64,000 nucleotides of DNA, from positions 62,001 through 126,000 of the forward strand of contig NGBS01000599.1 in assembly GCA_002245135.1 (NCBI GenBank), given 5' to 3'. Below the pieces are notes generated by a model. The model had not been told where the DNA came from and ran no database searches. It saw nothing but the letters and a program-made list of their open reading frames with translations. Positions 13,726-27,060 of the stretch are shown here, piece after piece. The position numbers and the translations under genes were made by a program. Position 1 is the stretch's first letter, and every line of letters starts with the position of its first letter. Source of the stretch: Proteromonas lacertae (taxonomy: Eukaryota).

Positions 13726-14748
13726 ATGAAAAAGTTCTCAATTTATATATATAATATTTATATAATATTGATGTATTTTATATTCATGATTATATATTCT
13801 CTAGGAAGCTATAAATATAAAAGATATGAATATTATATTTGCACTGTTATAAACTCATCTTTAACAAATTTCTATTACATACCACTATGCTTCTATGATA
13901 ATGTAAAAAAGAAAATATACCTTTACGCATACTTTAAATTTAATATTAGAAAGAATATTTATGCATATGAAAGAAAAGGTATTGCATATAATAAATCTAA
14001 CAAAAATATATATAAATCACTATCTATATCATTAAAGAAAAACATAATTACTAGAATAAAACTCAGTTTATGTGTAGTTAGTATATTTAAATATATTAAT
14101 TGTAAGAACATTATACGAACATGTTTATTATACAAAAGACTAGGAGTTGAACATATTACTATTTATATAAGTTACTATAATAGTACATACAGAAAACAAT
14201 ATAAGTGGTTGAAAGAAAAAAACTGGATAGACATTATATATTATAAAGTACCTAACATTTCGTTTTATTACTATGGTCAAGATTCAAAATTAAATCATTG
14301 TATTAATCATTATAAATATATAAGTGATTATGTAATTGTTACTGATATTGACGAAATAATAATTCCAACTAGAAGAAATACTATAATGGATGTTATAAAC
14401 TACTATGGTAATAATAATTACGTTTTTATTTTCCATTCAATACTATTTTATGTAAATAATACCCTAGAAAATATATTTGAAACAGATAAAAAAGGATGCA
14501 AAATCATAAAAGGATATGAAAAAATGATATTAAAACCGAATAAGATAAAAAGTATTGGTGCTCACTTCCCTAAAGAATGGGAGGAAGAGAAAAAAAATAT
14601 AATAAATATTGATATAAAAGATGCATATGTAAGGCATTCAAGATCTAAGATTCCATTAAATAAATGCTTCTATTTTTACGAAAGTAGCAAATTCTTTTAT
14701 TTAAAAGATTATATAGATAAAATAATTGAAACAATTGATAATGCTTAA
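13726..14748 (+). CDS. GT92/DUF23 family glycosyltransferase
   Basis: LSLCV, LGVEHITIY, GQDSKLNHCI, VTDIDEII. Confidence 0.75.
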   Translation: MKKFSIYIYNIYIILMYFIFMIIYSLGSYKYKRYEYYICTVINSSLTNFYYIPLCFYDNVKKKIYLYAYFKFNIRKNIYAYERKGIAYNKSNKNIYKSLSISLKKNIITRIKLSLCVVSIFKYINCKNIIRTCLLYKRLGVEHITIYISYYNSTYRKQYKWLKEKNWIDIIYYKVPNISFYYYGQDSKLNHCINHYKYISDYVIVTDIDEIIIPTRRNTIMDVINYYGNNNYVFIFHSILFYVNNTLENIFETDKKGCKIIKGYEKMILKPNKIKSIGAHFPKEWEEEKKNIINIDIKDAYVRHSRSKIPLNKCFYFYESSKFFYLKDYIDKIIETIDNA

Positions 14749-14753
14749 TAAAT

Positions 14754-16265
14754 ATGAAATGCTCTATAATTATTATTCTAATCATTTGTATCTATATTAT
14801 TTATGTGATTAATCTAATACATTCTTTTAAATATAATGGCTTATTCAAACTAATATCAATTAAAAATACGTTATGCTTCAGTTGGATTCCAAATAATAAA
14901 TATGTTATTCATTCAAATTTATGTAATTTAAATTGTTCATATAAAAGAATAAATCAATTTCCTCAAAATAAACCTTTTACATGTAGATATAAACATAATA
15001 ACTACTCACAAATTAAATTTAATAACATATTCAAAATATATTTCTTTAATACTTCAACATATAATATATTTAACAATCAATATAGATATTTATATGATTA
15101 CAAAATTGTATATACATTATTTTATGTTAGTATAATAAAAATATAAGTAACTACGAAATTAATTATTATGAAAATGATAAAGGTAGTTTTTTATTTTTAA
15201 AATTTATACCTCATACAAATATTGCAAGAATTTCACATAAAATTTCAGTTAATTTAATTCTTTTTGATGGTTTATCTAGAATAGCATTTAATCAGCAGTT
15301 TCAATCTACACAGAAATATCTTCTATTACTGTCTAAACATTTCTATATATTTGATATGCTTAGGTATCATACTGTAGGTATTAATTCAAGACCAAATTAT
15401 TTATCATTATTTTATGGTACAAAATTCAGAAACAAAACATTAAGAGTATAATTTTAATTAATTTTTAGAAAAAGTCATTATTTAATTGCTTTCATGATAA
15501 TGGTTATATAACAATTTCATTAGCTGGATTTTGTGATAATAATATCAATAATTATGGAAAACCTGAAGTACATGGAGCAGATCACAATATTAATATTGCT
15601 TGTCATCCATCCATAAATAAGTATTAAATATAATTCTTATACATTGTAGTTACAATAAATCTGGAGCTTATGGAACTGGGCCAAGATGTATTTACGGGAA
15701 AAGAATATCGTATATGTTTCTTGATTACTTAGCAAAATCTCAAATATACTATTCACATCATAATATACCTGTATTTTCATTTACTTCATTTTCTGATACT
15801 CACGATGTATTATTTAAATTTAATTCATTAGGCAAATCAATTATCTGTTGCAGGTTTAGATGAGAGATTAAGAAAATACTTTCAATCATTAAACAGTATA
15901 GTAGTAATGTAATATATAGATACTAATTCACTTAATAATACAATAACTATTATAGTAGGTGATCATGGTATACATTACGGTAAATACTATAACGAAAATG
16001 AAAATGCATTTCCACCATTGATTTTTGTATAATTATATACTACAAATGTATATAGATTGTACATAGAAGTATTCTTTCTAAAAATCAACTAAAGGCGTTA
16101 AATATAAATCAAAATAGATTAGTAACACCATACAATTTATTTTTAACACTAAAATATATATCAAAAGATTTTAAAGTAAATGATATTAACACACTTTTTT
16201 CAGAAATCACTATTGATAGAAATTGTAATAATGCAAAAATACAAACTAACTGTAAATGTATATAA
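14754..16265 (+). CDS. DUF229-like alkaline-phosphatase/sulfatase-superfamily protein, multi-exon
   Basis: VNLILFDGLSR, YHTVGINSRPN, TIIVGDHG, LNINQNRLVTPYNLFLTL, RNCNNAKI. A 23-nt intron at 15108-15130 is in frame; further short introns are likely. Confidence 0.7.
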
Positions 16266-16469
16266 CATTATTATTTCTAGTGTATCTATTTATTATATAA
16301 TTTTATTATAGAATCCTATAATTCCTTTGTATATATTAGTATTTATGTTTTTGTTCTTTATATTATACTCATTATTAATGTTCGATTTTTAAGAAATAAG
16401 GATTTTTACATATATAATCACAGTTCTTTTTTAAATAAATCATTCTATTTTTTATCATTAAAGAAAAAA

Positions 16470-17483
16470 ATGAAATGTAATTATTACCAAAATTATAAAT
16501 GTATAGAATATAAAACTAATAATATTAGTAATATATTTTATTTTCACTCCAAAAGGATAATATTTACATACAAGAAGAGTAATTACTTAATAAACATATC
16601 AGTTAATGCTAAAATGAGAAAAAAGAAAATAGAATATACACATCTAAACTTCCATTTAAAACTATTAGGATTCAAAGATGTAATATTATCTAATGAGGGA
16701 AGTATTCACTCACATTGTTGGAACATTACAACTAAAGGAGGATGTAAGTGCTCTAATATGCCTAAAATTTATTATAAAATAGAGTTATATAAAAAGTATA
16801 AAAAAGTCATATCAATAAGTCATCATTGGGGAAATGCAGTATTTCACTCAATTGTTGAGTGTTTAGCAAAAATAGGATATTATATACCTGAACTATTGCG
16901 CGATAAATCGATAAAAATACATACAATTAGATCAATTAACGTAAAATATCTACATTTTCTAGGATTTAATAATTCAAGAATAATTTATGGAAATGTTTTT
17001 GTTGAAAAATTATTAATACTAGAAAAAGGAAGTTGTGGATCATCTCCACCATTATTACATTTACTATATTTAAGATATTATTTGAGATATAGAATAAAAT
17101 CTAAAGCAAAATATGATATAATATTAATAAAGAGATTTGGTAAAAGAGATATACAAAACTTTGATGAAGTGTATAATACTATGCAAAACATATACACAAA
17201 AACTAAAATAGTAATATTTTATCCTAATACAACATTCAATAATACTTTAAATTATTTTAAGTATGCAAAACTCATAGTTGCTCCTCACGGAGCAGGATTA
17301 TCAAACATCATTCTATCAAAAAGTAGCAAAATAGTGGAGTTTTTAAGTAAAAATTTGTGTTATTTTTCTTTATCAAAAAAACTTGGATTAGAATATTATG
17401 GATATTATGAAAGAATTATAAAATCAAAATTCGTTGTTAATATTACTATATTTCAATATATCTTGAATATGATAGTTTTATAA
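16470..17483 (+). CDS. GT61 (DUF563) glycosyltransferase
   Basis: WGNAVFHSIVE, IKRFGKRDIQNFDEV, IVAPHGAGLSNII. Confidence 0.82.
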   Translation: MKCNYYQNYKCIEYKTNNISNIFYFHSKRIIFTYKKSNYLINISVNAKMRKKKIEYTHLNFHLKLLGFKDVILSNEGSIHSHCWNITTKGGCKCSNMPKIYYKIELYKKYKKVISISHHWGNAVFHSIVECLAKIGYYIPELLRDKSIKIHTIRSINVKYLHFLGFNNSRIIYGNVFVEKLLILEKGSCGSSPPLLHLLYLRYYLRYRIKSKAKYDIILIKRFGKRDIQNFDEVYNTMQNIYTKTKIVIFYPNTTFNNTLNYFKYAKLIVAPHGAGLSNIILSKSSKIVEFLSKNLCYFSLSKKLGLEYYGYYERIIKSKFVVNITIFQYILNMIVL

Positions 17484-17822
17484 TTTTTATTCTGAAGAAA
17501 TAGTATGTATTATTTCGCTGATTAATATTCTTACTAATGATAAGATAAGCTCATAAATTAAAAAATGTAATAAGCTACTATTTTCAAAATATTTATTTGA
17601 GTTTTAATTATGCCGTTTGAGTTGAGTTGCTCTTGTAAGTACTTATTTACGAAATGTCTTTCATTTTATTGTTTTATTTTATTTAATTTTCTACTTTCTT
17701 TTACTGCTTTTTTAAAGTTTTCTTTCGCTTTATAATGATAATATGAAGTAATATTTGTTTATGTCCATTATCTAAATATTAACAAATCCATACGATTATT
17801 ATAACTCTTTATTGTATTATAG

Positions 17823-18911
17823 TTATTTATAATAATGATGCGGTTTTATTATAGATATTGCATTATTGGTTAATCGAAATAATTTATTCTTCTGACTAGT
17901 AAATGATGATATAAAGCTCCAATTTCTACATACTTTGGAATGCCTAGAAGGTAAATTTCTTGCGTGAATTACATACCCATTGTCAATACGTACTACTACT
18001 TTAAAGCATTCTTTTCTCTTTTTAGTGATAATATCATGAACTACAACCTGTAATACACAATTAGGGTTATTTATAATGAATTTCCATTGTGATAAAGGGC
18101 ATACTGAATAAAAGTTATTTGTGAAGAATCCTTTTCCATATGTAATAGTTAATTTAGGATAAAAATGATATGATGTAGCTTTATCATTCAAATGAGAAAA
18201 GAAATCTGTACTATTTGTAAATTTAGGTGAATATATTATTTCATCATGATCTGTATAAATCATTTTCTTTGCATAATTTTTATATCTAAAGAAACAATCA
18301 TTCTGTTTCCAAACATGAAATTTTTTCCTTTCATATAAATTGTGAGTAAAATTATCATAAATTACAGCAATTAATCCAATATTCATGTAATGAATGATAA
18401 TCTTTTCAATCTGCTTTGAACAATTAGTATTGTATATTATAAATCTATCGACTCCAAAATATCTATAGTATTCTATGAATTCAATAAATCTAATACTATT
18501 ATTATAGTTAAATAGAGTAGTTAAGCAGAATAAAAGTTTGTATAACTTTCTATTATTATTGGTATTTACTATTTTTATTACTTTATTATTTAACATTACT
18601 CTATCTGTAGTTATAAAATCATGAGGAATTTTGCATATTAAGTTATAATAACAATTGTGTACAGGTTTGTAATTATATGATATTAATCTAGTTTTATATT
18701 TCTTGTTTTCTATGAATATACAACTAAAATTATTAGTCAAATAATCTCTTGTGTTTATATGATATGTAATTAATCTTATTATACTATCATCTTGGAAAGC
18801 AGAGAACAAATACACTCCATAAAATATTTCAATTGGGTTTAATAAAGTGGTATAATGTATTTTATTGATTTTTTGCTTGTATTTTTTTGTGTAATGAAAA
18901 GAATAAAACAA
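17823..18911 (-). CDS. GT92/DUF23 family glycosyltransferase
   Basis: LFSAFQD, IEFIEYYRYFGVDRFIIY, QNDCFFRY, YTDHDEII. Confidence 0.8.
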   Translation of the reverse strand: MFYSFHYTKKYKQKINKIHYTTLLNPIEIFYGVYLFSAFQDDSIIRLITYHINTRDYLTNNFSCIFIENKKYKTRLISYNYKPVHNCYYNLICKIPHDFITTDRVMLNNKVIKIVNTNNNRKLYKLLFCLTTLFNYNNSIRFIEFIEYYRYFGVDRFIIYNTNCSKQIEKIIIHYMNIGLIAVIYDNFTHNLYERKKFHVWKQNDCFFRYKNYAKKMIYTDHDEIIYSPKFTNSTDFFSHLNDKATSYHFYPKLTITYGKGFFTNNFYSVCPLSQWKFIINNPNCVLQVVVHDIITKKRKECFKVVVRIDNGYVIHARNLPSRHSKVCRNWSFISSFTSQKNKLFRLTNNAISIIKPHHYYK

Positions 18912-19011
18912 ATATAATAATATAAGAAAAAGATAGATATTATAATGAAAATAAAGTTTTATATTTACACTTGATTTTCTTTTTTTATTCCATTGAAATT
19001 ATTAATTTATT

Positions 19012-20036
19012 ATGAGAAATACTTTTATATATTTAATTATTGTATTAGTATTTTTAAATAATAATTATTATTATGTTGAATTAATTAACATTGTAAATCG
19101 TATTTATAAGAATAGTATCTTCACAATCAGTACTTATACTATTGCTGGATTAGGAAATAGACTAATGTCTTTTGCTGGAATAATATTAATGTCTATTTAT
19201 TTTGACAAAAAACCTAAAAGTATTAAATTAATATATATATTTAGCTAGTTGAAAATTGGAATGAATTTGATCTATTCTACTATATTAATAAATATAATAT
19301 ATCATTGAAAAAGTATGAAAAAGTAGAAAGGATTTCAATATGTCCTTTTTATATAAAGAAGTTAAATAATATAAATAGAAAGAATAACATTCATTTTCAA
19401 TATATTTGGTGTGATACTCTAGTTGAATTAATAAAAGACAAATATTTCTTTAAAAATGTTATAATATATGTTCCATTATATGAATCTAAAAAGTTATGTA
19501 ATATAATTTTCTATATTTATCATCAAATTTTTACAAAATTATTGAGGGTAAAACATTTCATTAATAAAAGAGTAGATAAATATATCCAAACTTTTAATAA
19601 AGAAGTATTTTTAGGAATACAAATTAGACTTGGAAATGAAGATTTAAATGAAAAACAATTTGCTGATCTAAATGATGTAAAAATAATGCTTGATTTAGCA
19701 TCAAAACACAAAGAATATAGAAATTGGTTTTTTACAGCTGATTCTTATAAACTAAAAATAAATTTACAAAGTAAATACAAAGAAATATCAGTTTATTCGA
19801 CTAACATAACTAATCACTATAAAAATCATAGAAAAGATTCAACAATAATTATTGAACATGAAATTCTTTCAAAATCTCATCTATTAATAATTTCTAAAAG
19901 TACATTTGGTTTAACAGCATTATTAAAATCTGGTATACTACTTGATAGAATAAATGGTTTAGGCTATGAAATAAAGAATGGTTTGATAAATAACTTGAAG
20001 TTAAGTTTTAATAATTGCAGTTTAACTCCAATATAG
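19012..20036 (+). CDS. Fucosyltransferase-like GT-B protein (GT11/GT23/GT37 group), 2 exons
   Basis: AGLGNRL, GIQIRLG, FFTADS, SKSTFG; a 29-nt intron at 19220-19248 joins the ORFs in frame. Confidence 0.75.
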
Positions 20037-20109
20037 TTTTTTATTAATGACAAATACCTATATTTCTATTGAATATAGTGTTTTTCTTCTTTTATATGTC
20101 AGCATTATT

Positions 20110-21069
20110 TTAATTGTATAAATTAGAATGAATACTACAGTTACCATAATATTTGTGCATTTTATGGTTTTTATGTCCTATTTTATTCGCAAATAAACTA
20201 ACCAAACTAAAAGAACTACATTTTGTCAAAATTAAAAATTTACATCTACTTAATATGTAATAATCTGTTATAGCTTCTATTGCGCATTTATTATTAATAT
20301 ACATTAATCCATATCCTGAATTACATGTTGATGTGTTTGTGAAGTATATACTTTTGTTCAGGGAATTGTTTTTACTCTTTAGAAAAATAGAATCAGAACT
20401 GATATATATTCTATAATTATTGTTTATACTATTAATATAACGGAATATGTTACATACATCAGAATATTTTAAATAATGAAGTAAATATTCTTTTCCATCT
20501 GCTTTACCTGTTCTTATATGAACACCTACATCTATCTTGTAAATATTTTTTAATTGTATATTAGATTTAATTAAATCACTTACTTTTAAAAAAATTGATG
20601 ATATTTTATATGCTAATTCATTTATCATTATATTTATGTTATTATTATATTCAATTGCTCTACGCTCTAATAAATAGTTAAGTGTTTTTTTATTTTTTAT
20701 TACATTCTCTATACCATAAAAATGACCAATATATGTATAATTGAAATAATACTCATTTCTATCATATAACAAAGGATATTTGAAGTACCACCATAAACTA
20801 TCCCATTCTATTACCTTTAACGAAAATGAATAAGATATTCCAACAGCTATAGAACTTATTAATCCTAATAATTTATTTCCCAAACCGCATGATTTACAAG
20901 GAAAGTATCTTATCTTACCATTAAATTTATTATTATTGCATGATAAAATATAACGATTCAACAGATTAAAGTTGCTAATTTTATTCATTATACTTATATT
21001 ATTTTGAAAAATTATATTAATTATTATTATAACAACAATTATAAAATAAAAGAGTTTAGTCGTTTTCAT
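20110..21069 (-). CDS. Fucosyltransferase-like GT-B protein
   Basis: CGLGNKL, GVHIRTG, IYISSDS, DYYILSRC…SSFS; N-terminal TM. Confidence 0.75.
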   Translation of the reverse strand: MKTTKLFYFIIVVIIIINIIFQNNISIMNKISNFNLLNRYILSCNNNKFNGKIRYFPCKSCGLGNKLLGLISSIAVGISYSFSLKVIEWDSLWWYFKYPLLYDRNEYYFNYTYIGHFYGIENVIKNKKTLNYLLERRAIEYNNNINIMINELAYKISSIFLKVSDLIKSNIQLKNIYKIDVGVHIRTGKADGKEYLLHYLKYSDVCNIFRYINSINNNYRIYISSDSIFLKSKNNSLNKSIYFTNTSTCNSGYGLMYINNKCAIEAITDYYILSRCKFLILTKCSSFSLVSLFANKIGHKNHKMHKYYGNCSIHSNLYN

Positions 21070-21129
21070 AATATTCAACTTAATTATACTTCATCATTAG
21101 CAACTATTTATGGTTAATACTATGAAATT

Positions 21130-21572
21130 TTAATATTTCTTTAACAACAATGCAACATATTTTGTATTGTTTAAATCTTTGTGCGTTTTAATTAAGTAAA
21201 TATTCGAAGGGCAGTTTTCAAATACTCTATATTTATATATAAGAATGGATAATGCGCTTTGATCCTGTCTATGGTTAGTTCTATTTGATCCTTCAGGTGA
21301 TATACAATTCTTATTATATGCACATTTTGTCCATTCGTTTAAAATCGTATCTGCAACAAATGATTTCCATTTAAAACCAACTAATCCTCCTGCACATGTT
21401 TTCTTCTTTGTTATATTCTGTGAGACATTAAAAAAGGAAATCATTCCTTTATGTGTCCATTTTTCTATAGTACCACTAGAATATATTGACCAGCATTAAT
21501 ATTTCTTTCATTTAATAAACGCAACAAAATATATACTACCAAAATGAAAAGAATATTATATATTCTATGCAT
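21130..21572 (-). pseudogene. DUF1647-like protein with an apparent internal deletion
   Basis: WTKCAYNKNCISPEGS and NHRQDQSALSIL. A signal-anchor-like start (MHRIYNILFILVV) at 21572 is out of frame and too close to the C-terminal part. Confidence 0.55.
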
Positions 21573-21844
21573 TAATCTATCTTGTTGTGCGCCATTTGTC
21601 ATAGTTGGCCATTTGTCTACCAGACACCTATAAAACAAACTAAATTCATATTCTTACTTTTCTTGATGAAAAATTGTTACTTTTATACTTACTTTGTCAT
21701 ATAACCTACATCTATGAGTAACTATTAATTGTCATAATATTGAATAAAAACTATCAAAATATATTCTAGAAATTATGTATATTCCAAATTTTATGTTTTT
21801 ATTGACATATAATGTCTAAATGAGAAGTGTCAGTTACACAGGAA

Positions 21845-21871
21845 TTAAGAATTATACCCCTTCTGACGTCA
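21845..21871 (+). promoter_or_regulatory. Conserved subterminal motif containing TGACGTCA
   Basis: 27-bp identity TTAAGAATTATACCCCTTCTGACGTCA with 59184-59210. Confidence 0.45.
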
Positions 21872-22169
21872 TTTTTAATTTAAAATTTCATTTTTTTCAA
21901 CTTTTTTGTTTGTATGTTTTTTTTGATTCAGTCAAAGAGAAAAAATGAATTTCAGCAGAAACTTTGAAGAATGTTATAAAATTTTATCAAGATAAGAAGA
22001 TATTTCAAAAAAGAAAAATCAAGCTTGTCAAACTTGACAGTTTTTTTTTTAATTTCAAGAATCAAAATGTATGTACTATATATATATATATATATATATT
22101 ATTATTATTATTATTATCAAAATACTTACTTTATATTATTTATAAACTGTATAATACTATCATGTACAG

Positions 22170-25100
22170 CGAAAGGTATAGAAGCATCATTATTTTATGA
22201 ACATAAAGTAGATGTAATTGATTTTGGTGATAAATTTATTAACAGATAAGCTGAAAGCGCATTTTAATAGAAAATCGAGGTTTAAGAAGTCAAAGATTAA
22301 CTAGGCCCAATTATAGAGTAGAAAAAATAATATATCAAATATACAGCAGAATAGTGTTGATTTAGACTTTAGGAGAAAAAATGTATTAATTAGAAGAAAA
22401 AAAGCTCAAGCTCAAGATTTAGATATTGGTTGAAGTACTCAAATAATATCAATGGATCCTGCTTATTTATCATTAGATATTGGTTGAAGTATCACTTACC
22501 AATGAAGGATCAATTAAACCAAATGTAATATTTACTCCACCAAGGTGAATTAGATATAGAAGAAAGTGTAACAATCGAAGTATCTTATACAAGTTCAACT
22601 CTTGGTGAATTTAGTGATCATTTTGAATTTGCATTAAAAGGAGCAACTAATAATGTGGTATTAACAATAAAAGGACATGTAGTTGGTCCAACATTCTTCT
22701 TTAATAAGAATAAACTAGATTTTGGTATTGTAAGTTATGCGTTTTTAAACTCAACTGATTTGATATTAAGAAATACTTCCTCTGTTCCATTTATATTCAA
22801 TTTACGAGTTCCTCAAGATGGTAATTACTTAAACAAAGAATTCGAAATAATTCAAGCAGTAGCAACAGTATTACCAGAAGGAGAAGAGAAAATCAAAATC
22901 AATTTCATATCTCAAACAATAAAAGTATATGATTATTGTTTAGCAATTGATATTGAAAGTGTAGATGAAGCTTTATTAACAATTCCAATAAGTGCTGAAT
23001 GTCGATTAGCTGAAGTAGAATTATTAGAAGAATCATTGAAATATGGAGATTGTTATTTAAGATATACTTATTATCGAACTTTAACATTAAAGAATAAATC
23101 CAATTTAAGTGTTCAATTTGAAAACAGAACAAGATGAAAGAAGTAAATCGATTGGTAGTTATTTCCCTGATCCAGTTAAAGGCGTAATTTGTCCAATGGC
23201 AACTCAAATGATTAAAGTTTAATTAAATTCTGAGAAATTAGGTGATATGAGAATTCCATTATATATTCAAATAATTGGCAGTCAATATCCTCCATTGGTA
23301 TTAGTATTAGAAGCAAATGGACTTGGACCAGTGATAAAGTCAAATTTAAATCATATAAAATTTGGTGATATAACTTGTTTAGATACTCATACAAAAGAAT
23401 TTACAATAACTAATCCAACTCCAATTCCAGCTTTTTATAAATTAGATTTTGAATGAGGATTTTATTTTAATACTGATATAGTTGATGGTATATTACAAAG
23501 TAAAGAATCTCAAAAGATAGTAGTTAGTTGCATGTTGGAAGATGTATTAGCTTATAAAGATACAATATACATAGCAGCAACTGAAGGAGATAGTGCAATT
23601 CTTCCAGTTACAGCTAAATGTATAATAACAACAATATTTTGAGAAGATCCAGTAGATGTAATTGATTTTGGTGATCAATTCACAAACAGAACAATCGAAA
23701 GAGTATTTTTATTAGAAAATCGAGGTTTAAGAAGTCAAAGATTAACTTGGATAAATCAAACTGCAGTAGAAAAAGAAAAATCTTTTAAAGCCAATAAATC
23801 AAAGATGGAAAGTGAAATGAATTCAAACCTTATGAAGCTATATTTACAATAACTCCCAATGCAATCGAATTAAAACCCAATACTGCTTGAAATTTTGTAA
23901 CATCTGGAAGTTGTGAAAAACCCTGTGAAGTGATGGAAATGTTTCTTGTTTGAGGAAATTTGATGGAGAAATAAGAAATAATGAAGCAAAAGAAACCGAA
24001 GTAAAAGTGAACTTTATGAATCCATTAATTCAATGTTCTGAAGAGAAAATCGAAGTTCAAAGTAAGACAGTTGTATTTAAGAATATATCAACATTGAGTT
24101 TAGATGCGATAATAAGTATAGCAGCTCCATTATTATTGAGTATGAATGAATTCCATTTAGAACCAAATGAATTAATGAATGTGACAGTGGAATTTGATCC
24201 AATATATAAAGATGATAAAATCTCATGTAAAATAAATGGAATATTGAATATAAGATATGAAGATCATCCTCAGAAAGATTCAATTCCATGTGTAGCTGAT
24301 GTTGCCTTTCCCAATTTATGGTTATCTCAAAATGATTTTGATTTTGGTTGTATATTGAATAATTCTCAAAGAACATTATTATTTTCAATTGAAAATCGTC
24401 GAACAATTCCTTGTCCTTATCATTGGGAATTAGAAATAGATGAAAACTGAAAATCAAACATCTCCAATCAATGAAGTATTTGAAATCACTCCAATTCAAG
24501 GTATTTTACAACTAGGTGAATGTGAAGAAATGGAATTGAGATATTCTGGAATACCACATGTATTATCAAGAGCATTGGGTAAATGTTATGTAGATGGAGG
24601 ATCAGTTTATAATATCAAAATGAAAGGTGAAAGTTCAGTCTTATCTTATAGATTGGATAAACAGAAAATTGATTTTAGTAGAATTCCTTATATGAAAGTA
24701 AAAGAAAGAGATTTTCATATATTTAATACAGGTTCAGTAGATTTTCCATTTAAAATCTCAACTGATAGTGTATCTCGACCTGGTTTAGTTGGTGTTTCAC
24801 CATGTAATGGATTAATTCCATCTCATGATCAACAAAGAATCCCTGTTAAAATGAGAGTAGGAATTCCAGATTCAGTAATAGAGAAATTAGTAATAGAAAT
24901 AGCTCATTATGTTCCAATAGATTTTCTACTTTATATAACAGGTATTTATGCAAATATCAAAGTGAATGATGCTGAATTGGTAATACCAGATAATTGGGAA
25001 CATTACTTGGAAGAAGCTGATAGATTGATTGAATTATCCAATACAGTACATCCATTATCATTCCCAGCTTTACCATCACCAATAAAACAACAACCATCTT

Positions 25101-27060
25101 TACCTAAAGTAGTAGAATCTTCAATAGATGAAAGTAATAATAACACTATTATAAATACTGAAGGAGAAGAAGCAAGACAACAACAACAGCCAGAACAACC
25201 ATCAACAGAAGAAGAAAAAGAAAAACCAGTTGAAGCTGAAAAGCCAATAATTGTAGATGGAGTTCCAGTTAATTCACCAACACATGGTTAAAAGAATTAC
25301 CACCAGAACCAAAAATTGAAGGAGAATTAGCACCACATAGTGAAGAACCAACAATAGCAAATACAAATGCAGAAGAAGAAAAATCTAAAGAAAAAGAAAA
25401 AGATGAAAACAAGAAACAGTAATCTGCAAGAGTAAATAGTCAAAAATCAGTTTCTGTCAGAAGTAAGAATTCACAACAGAATGATAATAAAATACCATCT
25501 CCACTTAAAATGATGACAAATACGAACAAATTACCTTCAGGAAAGAATACAACAGTATTACAAATCACAGTTGATAGAGAATTTGAAGCATTAAGATTAT
25601 AGTATATTGATTTATTATTAGATGAAATAAACAATCAAAATCCTGCTAATTTATGTTTAGCTCGAAAAGAGAAAGAATTAAATGTAACATCAATAAATGG
25701 TTCAAAAAGTGAAGGAGTAGTTGATAAAACCACAAAAACACCTGAAACTGGTTTAACAAATATCAGTAATAAAACAGGCAAAACAACAAAAATGGCGAAT
25801 AAGAAAATATATAATTTACATTTAGGTGAGTTTCCATTAGCTGATTATGTAGTAGATTTTGGTAATGTAGTTCAAATTGATTGCAAGACGAAGACATTTA
25901 CAATAACTAACATAGGTAATTTACCAGTGAATTTCGGAATAGAAAGAAGAACTTTAAAAGAGAGTGGATATACATTAACTCCAGATGAAGTGAAAAGATT
26001 ACCAGAAAGTTCAACAGTGACATTTACAGCTAGTATTACAGCGAAATCTGATTTACCTTATGGAAGATATGATTTAGCAATTCCAATCAAAGTACAAGGT
26101 GTACCAACTTATTGTATAATATAAAGATTATAATGTTATTCAAACTGAAGTAAGAAATGTAGGTGATAAATTGGCAGTGAAATTACCACCACCTGAAGAA
26201 CCAGAACCAGTAGTAGAAGAAAGATCAGCTTTACCTGATCCAAAGAAAGGAGGAAAAAGAAGTAAATTAATTGATAAGAAAGGAGATAAAAACTCATAGA
26301 AAGGTAAAAAAGAAAAACCACCACCACCTCCTCCTCCACCATTTGGAGTTGGTTTATTATGTGATATAATCAATAACAATGGTGAAAGTGATATTGATAT
26401 AATAATTCAAGAAATCAAAGAAACAGTTCCATTGTTTAATACATATGGAGATTGGAAAGTTCCACCTCCAGTAGTATTCCAATTAGTTAAGAAGCAAATT
26501 CCAAGAAAACCCTTAATATCAACAAGTAATTATAAATTAATAGATGAAAATAATGCCACAAGATGGAAATTAGAACCTGATGAAGAATTGCCATTGAAAG
26601 TGACATTTGAATAATTAGAAACTGGTAAATTTAACTATTGTTTCCACTTTGAGATAGTTAATAAAGATAAAACGTATGAAGTTCCAATCAGTGGTATTTG
26701 TGATTATCCAAAGATTAATCAAAATCCGAAAGATATACTTATGAAATCAACAAAACAAAAGAATGAACAACAAATAATAAGTAAGAGATAAATAAAGAAC
26801 AAAGGATATTATGAATTTGGTCAATTATTAATAGGCAAAAACATAAATATGAGAGAAAACAATCCATCTTTAAAAGCTAGTAATTGTGAAACAATTTAAT
26901 TCAGTAATAATGGAATGTTTTCTGCAACAGTTGATTTGTCAATGAAAAATGATGATGGAATATTCACAATAGAACCAACCCAAATCGATATTGAAGCAGG
27001 TGAAACTCAAACAGTAGATACTGGGGCATTTCCAGTAGAAAATATTCAATAAACAAAAGT
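22170..27060 (+). pseudogene. HYDIN: Internal fragment of HYDIN (axonemal central-pair protein), multiply disrupted
   Basis: Tandem ASH/Ig-like repeats (IKGHVVGPTFFF…LDFGIVSYAF, FPNLWLSQNDFDFGCILN, LADYVVDFGNVV); many in-frame stops and frameshifts; no 5' or 3' end. Confidence 0.85.

Larger units (their letters stand above)
4884..20386. repeat. Copy 1 (source) of a 15.5-kb inverted segmental duplication
   Basis: ORFs recur with identical translations on the opposite strand at 34462-49707 (coordinate sums 54591, 54592, 54848). Confidence 0.97.

Noticed and set aside
22076..22117. (TA)n/(TTA)n microsatellite
   Set aside because: Ordinary simple repeat with no sign of function.
22400..27060. 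Functional intron-rich HYDIN gene
   Set aside because: The breaks I examined are in-frame stops and frameshifts without GT-AG intron signatures, and the gene lacks both ends.
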